Below are positions 59,255-64,000 of a stretch of 64,000 nucleotides of DNA, one piece after another. Origin of the DNA: a virus; the IMG/VR virus record IMGVR_UViG_3300035492_000030, positions 1 through 64,000 of that record, one strand, 5' to 3'. Under the pieces are notes generated by a model. That model searched no databases. It was not told the origin of the DNA and saw nothing but the letters and a program-made list of their open reading frames with translations. How positions within the stretch are numbered: the first letter of the stretch is position 1; every line of letters starts with the position of its first letter. The position numbers and the translations under genes were made by a program.

Positions 59255-60112
59255 ATGTCTTTCAGTTTGAAATGGGGTGACGAGTCTCCCGAGAATGCTG
59301 GATTCATCTACTTCGATGCTGTTACCAACTGGCAACAAAACTACTCTGGCAAAGTCACAAGTCACCCTGTAGATGGCGGTGGGAATATCTCTGACCACTT
59401 CATCAGGGATAACCCTAAGTTCACGCTGTCAGGTGTAATTTCTAGTATTGATTTGTCAGTTAATTCTTGGCTAATTGCTGATCCCGTAGATCAATCTACA
59501 CCCCTAAACGTCAGAGTTGCGCCTGCTAGTGTGAATGTACAGTCCACGGATTTGAGTGTTCTGAACAGGTTTATTCCTAACAGTCTTGGTCAATTCATTC
59601 CAGATAATCTCCCGTCCGTAGAAAGTGATTCAAGTAGAGATGCTGGGCAACAGATTGTTGAATCTGTAAAAGACGCACTGATTCGACTCATCTACAGCGG
59701 TAAGACTTACAACGAAACAACTAAGCAGTTTGACAGCATTGTAAACACTGTAACTATATACGAATATGGCGGTCAGAACGGAACTTCTATTGTCAGAGCA
59801 TGGCCTGAATTCCCCACCGAAAAGCTAGTTGTAACTAACGTAGTTTTTAGGGAAGATGTAAACACAGGTCAAGGTCTTTACTGTGATATTACTTTCGAAC
59901 AAGTTGAATTTGTTTCTTTACAGAAAGTTGAGATTCCTAAACGGGTTGTTTCTTCTTTGAATAAGAAAGCCGCTGGAAAGAAGAATGTCTGCAAGTGTGA
60001 CAGCTCTGTTAAAGACACAACAGATCCCAATAACGCAGATCCTCAAGCAAAGAAGAATACAATCCAAGATCTAGACCCCCAGAGAACTACTGTACAGGAG
60101 ATTAATCAATGA
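59255..60112 (+). CDS. Baseplate/tail-tip protein (unassigned)
   Basis: 285-aa ORF with AAGGAGG RBS. VTSHPVDGGGNISDHFIRDNPKFTLSGVIS is a recurrent motif in post-tape-measure proteins. Confidence 0.5.
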   Translation: MSFSLKWGDESPENAGFIYFDAVTNWQQNYSGKVTSHPVDGGGNISDHFIRDNPKFTLSGVISSIDLSVNSWLIADPVDQSTPLNVRVAPASVNVQSTDLSVLNRFIPNSLGQFIPDNLPSVESDSSRDAGQQIVESVKDALIRLIYSGKTYNETTKQFDSIVNTVTIYEYGGQNGTSIVRAWPEFPTEKLVVTNVVFREDVNTGQGLYCDITFEQVEFVSLQKVEIPKRVVSSLNKKAAGKKNVCKCDSSVKDTTDPNNADPQAKKNTIQDLDPQRTTVQEINQ

Positions 60113-60435
60113 CACAATACGTTGATATTCCATTGTCTCCTGATCCGTTCTACGAGCTGTCAATCTCTCTGGAAGGTAACTCATATATCATTGAGTTTGT
60201 TTATAATGAACGTGCTCAGTTATATTTCATAAGTCTTTACAATTCAGACAGAGAACCTATTGTTTTGGGGCAAGCTCTTATTCCTGAGTATCCAATCTTT
60301 CTTGATTACAATCTTCCAAATCTTTCTGGATACTTCTGGTTGTTGAAGAAAGCAACTCTTGTAAGCGAACCTTATAAAACTTACCCAGACAGCATTCACC
60401 AATACTATGATCTTGTTTATATTTTAGGAGAGTGA
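60109..60435 (+). CDS. Baseplate-module hypothetical protein
   Basis: 108-aa ORF with a 4-nt overlap. Confidence 0.5.
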   Translation: MTQYVDIPLSPDPFYELSISLEGNSYIIEFVYNERAQLYFISLYNSDREPIVLGQALIPEYPIFLDYNLPNLSGYFWLLKKATLVSEPYKTYPDSIHQYYDLVYILGE

Positions 60436-60439
60436 TTTA

Positions 60440-60783
60440 ATGGTAGACTTAGTACAAAAGGATAGAATTTACGAACTGAAGGTTGGTGACACGTCTACAG
60501 GGAACGGTCTGCTCATTACGAACAATCTTCAAATCAGTTTTGATGTTAGTAAATCTAGCAGTAACAAAGACCGCACCAATTCAGCCACAATCGAAATCGT
60601 GAATCTCAGTGATGAAAGCTTAAAGCTGATTGACGTAGATTATCCCTTTGCTTCTTTGAGCGCGGGTTATCGTGCTATTGGATTGAAGCAACTTATTTCT
60701 GGGCAAGTAACTGATGTTTCTACCAGAAAGAACGGCACGGACAGAATCACGCAGTTGACTATCGGAAGTGCTTATACAAAGCT
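60440..60783 (+). CDS. Baseplate hub-like protein, exon 1
   Basis: The ORF reads to a stop at 60791, but a td-like intron begins after T60783. See the intron entry. Confidence 0.6.
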
Positions 60784-60853
60784 TAAAATTTAGGCTCTTT
60801 TAACAGTAATGTTAATCGAAAATTCTCTAATTGCCGGAAACTCCTGCTAGGTG

Positions 60854-60883
60854 TTGACTACCGAGATATTATAGTGATATAAT
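60854..60883 (+). promoter_or_regulatory. sigma70-type promoter inside the intron, upstream of the HNH ORF
   Basis: TTGACT-18-TATAAT. Confidence 0.55.
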
Positions 60884-60984
60884 ATACTCACGTAATGTAA
60901 TGGTTACGGTGTGGTAAAAACGTCAACAATAGGGACAATCGGCAGCTAAAAATCTTGTCCTTGAATACCAGTAGAGGAAATCTT

Positions 60985-61704
60985 ATGTCTGAATCTGAAG
61001 TAATAAAATTTGAAAAACTATACAAAATTTTACCGGACTTTCCAAACTACGCTGTAACGGAAGATGGTGAAGTTTTAAATGTGAAAACGGGGAAAATTAT
61101 TTCTCAATTTCTTTGTGGAATTCCTCCATATTATTCAGTAAATTTTACTATAAATGGAAAGAGCAAGCAACAGAGGGTGCATCGAGTGGTTGCGATGGCT
61201 TGGTTAGTCAACGATGACCCTGAAAATAAAATTCAGGTAAACCATAAAGACGGAAACAAGCTAAACAACCATGTAGATAATCTTGAATGGTGCACTCCAT
61301 CTCAAAATCAACAACATGCCATTTCCACAGAGCTAAAGAATTCAAGTTACAAAATGCAAAATGCCTCATTGACCGAGGCCCAAGCCCATAGTATTTGTCA
61401 GTTACTTATGGATGGTTGGACAACTAAAGATGTTGCTGTTAAATTTGAAATTCCTAGATCAACAGTTTTAAAAATTAGGTGTGGTGATGTTTATAAGGAT
61501 ATTAGAAGTCTATATGACATACCAACCAATAAAAAATATAATCTATCTGAACAAACAGTAAGATGGGTTTGTGAACAAATTATTAACGGGTTTAGTGATA
61601 GTGCCATTGCCGATATGGCTAATAATAAAGCAATTACTACAATCATGGTTAAGAAGATTAGATATAAGATTAGGTTTAAAAGTATATCTTCTGAGTACTT
61701 TTAA
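60985..61704 (+). CDS. Intron-encoded HNH homing endonuclease
   Basis: 239 aa from the ATG at 60985 (AGAGGA RBS). VNHKDGNKLNNHVDNLEWCTPSQNQQHA. N-terminal NUMOD4-like YAVTEDGEVLN. Confidence 0.8.
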   Translation: MSESEVIKFEKLYKILPDFPNYAVTEDGEVLNVKTGKIISQFLCGIPPYYSVNFTINGKSKQQRVHRVVAMAWLVNDDPENKIQVNHKDGNKLNNHVDNLEWCTPSQNQQHAISTELKNSSYKMQNASLTEAQAHSICQLLMDGWTTKDVAVKFEIPRSTVLKIRCGDVYKDIRSLYDIPTNKKYNLSEQTVRWVCEQIINGFSDSAIADMANNKAITTIMVKKIRYKIRFKSISSEYF

Positions 61705-61866
61705 CCAAGATATAAGTTCAACGACTAGTCGAAAGACGTACACCCAAGTGGGTGGAAATGGGAATCTCCTCGAACTGAGGATGAAGATATAGTCTGATCT
61801 GCATGGAGACATGCAGCAGCTTGAATAAAGCGGGGGAGGCGTAACGACCCTCCCTGAACACTAATG

Positions 61867-62413
61867 TAATCACGAGCTAATTTCAAAGACACTTCCTCCG
61901 GGTAAAGCTAGAGATGCTTTTGAAGAGCTGGCTAAACAGATTGGTGTTAGTAGAACTGTTTTTAATAGTGTAAATCTTGAAAGTCCGATCATCAATGGTT
62001 ATCCCCTGTCTGGAACAAAGCGTGAAATGCTTGACGAATTGTCAGAGAAGTATAGCGTTGACTGGCAGATTGATGACGATACACTGTATGTTCATGACTC
62101 TGACCGTGGTAACTCTGAAAAGTTTGAATTAGCTTATGTAGTGTCAAAGTATACAGGGTTGGTTGACAACGCTTACAGAACTTCAGGTGATGTCAGGCGA
62201 TCTGAAAAAGATAAAGTCAAGAAACCCAGTATCCAATTCAAAATGATGTTGAATCCGGATATTGTTGCCGGATCTATTATCAAACTGGACGACACCTTAA
62301 TTAAAGGTTGGATTAAAGTTGATTCACTCAGGCATTGGGGTGGTTGGAGAGATACACCGTGGTATACGGAAGTACAAGGGTCAATGATTGAGAAGGTGGT
62401 GAATAATGGCTAG
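61867..62413 (+). CDS. Baseplate hub-like protein, exon 2
   Basis: The frame is open from 61865 with no start codon until 62027. It continues exon 1 in phase (junction codon CT|T). Confidence 0.6.
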
Positions 62414-63143
62414 GGAAGCATCCTTACAAGAATTACTTGGTGCATCTTTTCAATCCCAAATTAACAACGTTTACACTAGCATCCCATGCATTGTTGTTGG
62501 TGTAAATCTAACCACATCTACAGTGGATATTCAACCATCAATCAATCAGAAATTAAAAGATGGTAGTGTTCTAGAACGTCCAGTTATCCTCGGTGTTCCA
62601 ATCTCATTCCCTGTGTCTAAAACAGCAGGTATTACATTCCCAATTGAAGTTGGTGATACAGGCATGGCTGTATTCTCAATGAGGGATATGGGTGCGTGGA
62701 AAGCTGGTAATGGTAGGCCGGCAAGTCCTTTGAACAATGCCAAGATGGATAAGAGTGACGCTATCTTTATTCCCGGTATTCAACCTCTATCTGTAGCTGT
62801 AAATGATCCAGCAAAGAGGGTGTTGGCTCATAGTACAACTGACACCGTGGTTGTCAATAACATTGGCTCTGGCAATGAAGTTGAAATTCGCCTGACGGCT
62901 AATGGTGACATTGAGATAAATGCCCCTACTAAAGATGTTACTGTAAATTGTCAAACATCCAATATTAATGCCAATGAAAGTGTTTCTGTTGATGCCCCAG
63001 ATATTTATTTCTTTGGGAATATCACACACCAAGGGAGCTACACCGCCGTAGGCACTATGACATTTAACGGTATTGATTTTGGAACACACAAGCATGTTGG
63101 CGTTGATCCGGGAGCTGGTACTTCTGGTGGACCTACTAATTAA
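62406..63143 (+). CDS. Baseplate central spike (OB-fold N-domain plus beta-helix)
   Basis: 245 aa. IPCIVVGV...VDIQPSINQKL.DGSV.ERPVILGVPISFP...GDTGMAVFSMRD resembles the gp138-N/gpV-type spike N-domain. Confidence 0.55.
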   Translation: MAREASLQELLGASFQSQINNVYTSIPCIVVGVNLTTSTVDIQPSINQKLKDGSVLERPVILGVPISFPVSKTAGITFPIEVGDTGMAVFSMRDMGAWKAGNGRPASPLNNAKMDKSDAIFIPGIQPLSVAVNDPAKRVLAHSTTDTVVVNNIGSGNEVEIRLTANGDIEINAPTKDVTVNCQTSNINANESVSVDAPDIYFFGNITHQGSYTAVGTMTFNGIDFGTHKHVGVDPGAGTSGGPTN

Positions 63144-63154
63144 AAGGAGTCATT

Positions 63155-63520
63155 GTGGACTTACTGATGGATTCAAGTGGAGACTTAGTTTTCCACAACG
63201 GCACTTTAACTCAAGAATACACAACTCAACCATTCACCCAAGTGGTGGCTCAGAGACTAGTTATTAGACTGAGAACATGGGAGACAGAATGGTTCCTTGA
63301 TACTGAATACGGTGTTCCATATTTCGATATTATCGGTAGAAAGGTTCCAAAAAGTAGAGTTGATAGTATTCTTCAACAAGAAATTCTAGCAGAGCGTGGT
63401 GTGAAGGAAATTGTATCTTTCACTTCCACTCTACAAAACAGACAATATTCAGCTTCATTTCGTGTCAAAGTGAGCACAGGTGAAACTACAGATGTAATTA
63501 CAATTACTCCAACAAGTTAA
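63155..63520 (+). CDS. Baseplate wedge protein (gp25/W- or XkdS-like)
   Basis: 121 aa, GTG start with AAAGGAG RBS. LVIRLRTWETEWFLDTEYGVPYF motif. Sits between the spike and baseplate-J genes. Confidence 0.5.
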   Translation: MDLLMDSSGDLVFHNGTLTQEYTTQPFTQVVAQRLVIRLRTWETEWFLDTEYGVPYFDIIGRKVPKSRVDSILQQEILAERGVKEIVSFTSTLQNRQYSASFRVKVSTGETTDVITITPTS

Positions 63521-63532
63521 GAGAGGTTGTGG

Positions 63533-64000
63533 ATGGCGAATTTCGGCCTCAGTAACGAGGGCTTTACCCTCAAACGTTTACAAGACATTTTAAACGAACA
63601 AAGACAAAAAGCTGTAGAGCTTTTTCAAGACCTTGTGCAGCCGGGTGATGTCGTAGACACATCAGATAGCTCAGCTCTTGGTAGGATTATTGCTCTAGAT
63701 GCTGCTGGTGATGCTGATCTTTGGGAAGTGGCTCAAATGCTTTATAGTGCATTTGATCCAAACTCCGCAACAGGTATTGCCCTTGATAACATTGTTGCTT
63801 ACGGCGGTATATCACGTTTTGGTGAATCATTCACTACAGCAGTGGCACTATTTGCTGGTGACAACGGCATTCTGATTCCTTCAGGTAACACTGTTAAAGC
63901 ATCTATTAGCAATAATCAATTTACAACAGTGGATAGCGTAGCTCTTTCTCCATCTGCTGCTTCTGGTGTTACAGTTACTATCCTTTCTGTTACAAACAAC
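63533..64000 (+). CDS. Baseplate J-like protein (partial; runs off the right edge)
   Basis: MANFGLSNEGFTLKRLQDILNEQRQKA...SSALGRIIALDAAGDADLWEVAQMLYSAFDPNSATGIALDNI is typical of the gpJ/gp47 N-terminus. Confidence 0.6.
   Translation, partial: MANFGLSNEGFTLKRLQDILNEQRQKAVELFQDLVQPGDVVDTSDSSALGRIIALDAAGDADLWEVAQMLYSAFDPNSATGIALDNIVAYGGISRFGESFTTAVALFAGDNGILIPSGNTVKASISNNQFTTVDSVALSPSAASGVTVTILSVTNN

Larger units (their letters stand above)
60784..61866 (+). mobile_element. Group I intron (td-like core) with HNH endonuclease ORF in the P6 loop
   Basis: P AATTGCCGGAAACTCC (60829), Q AATCGGCAGC (60937), R GTTCAACGACTAGTC (61716), S AAGATATAGTC (61784), terminal ...CTGAACACTAATG with omega-G at 61866. 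Splicing restores one 296-aa frame. Confidence 0.8.

Noticed and set aside
1-64000. Lysogeny module, integrase, transposase, rRNA or toxin cargo
   Set aside because: Reading all co-oriented ORFs found no tyrosine or serine recombinase, CI/Cro-type switch or rRNA-like sequence. The only mobile elements seen are homing endonucleases and one group I intron.

Overview
This window is AT-rich and is best read as part of the genome of a large virulent tailed phage with a contractile tail (myovirus-type). I found no integrase or other lysogeny genes, no rRNA and no CRISPR array. Layout: (i) 1-11.4 kb, minus strand, DNA replication module: DnaQ-like exonuclease, T7 gp6-like 5'-3' exonuclease, SSB, a family-B-type DNA polymerase split by a GIY-YIG homing endonuclease, an HNH homing endonuclease, and a T7 gp4-like primase-helicase. 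(ii) 11.4-22.5 kb, plus strand, about 40 small early-type ORFs driven by many near-consensus sigma70 promoters with UP-like AGAATTT elements and stem-loop junctions. (iii) 22.56-23.27 kb, a non-coding field of about 20 short palindromes and ATGCCCAT repeats where the two transcription blocks converge. (iv) 23.4-36.0 kb, minus strand: lysis cassette, dCMP deaminase, ClpP-like protease, PhoH and many small unknown ORFs. (v) 36.2-64.0 kb, plus strand: Dam-type methylase, three structured non-coding stretches (one with tRNA-like elements), tail fibre/tailspike genes (the tailspike carries a GC-rich foreign segment), then large terminase, portal, protease, scaffold, decoration protein, lambda-E-type capsid protein, connectors, sheath, three tube paralogs, chaperone with a -1 frameshift, tape measure and baseplate genes. 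Homing endonucleases are very dense (at least 8). One sits inside a td-like group I intron that splits a baseplate gene. All functional calls come from motifs read by eye and from gene order. No database search was run.
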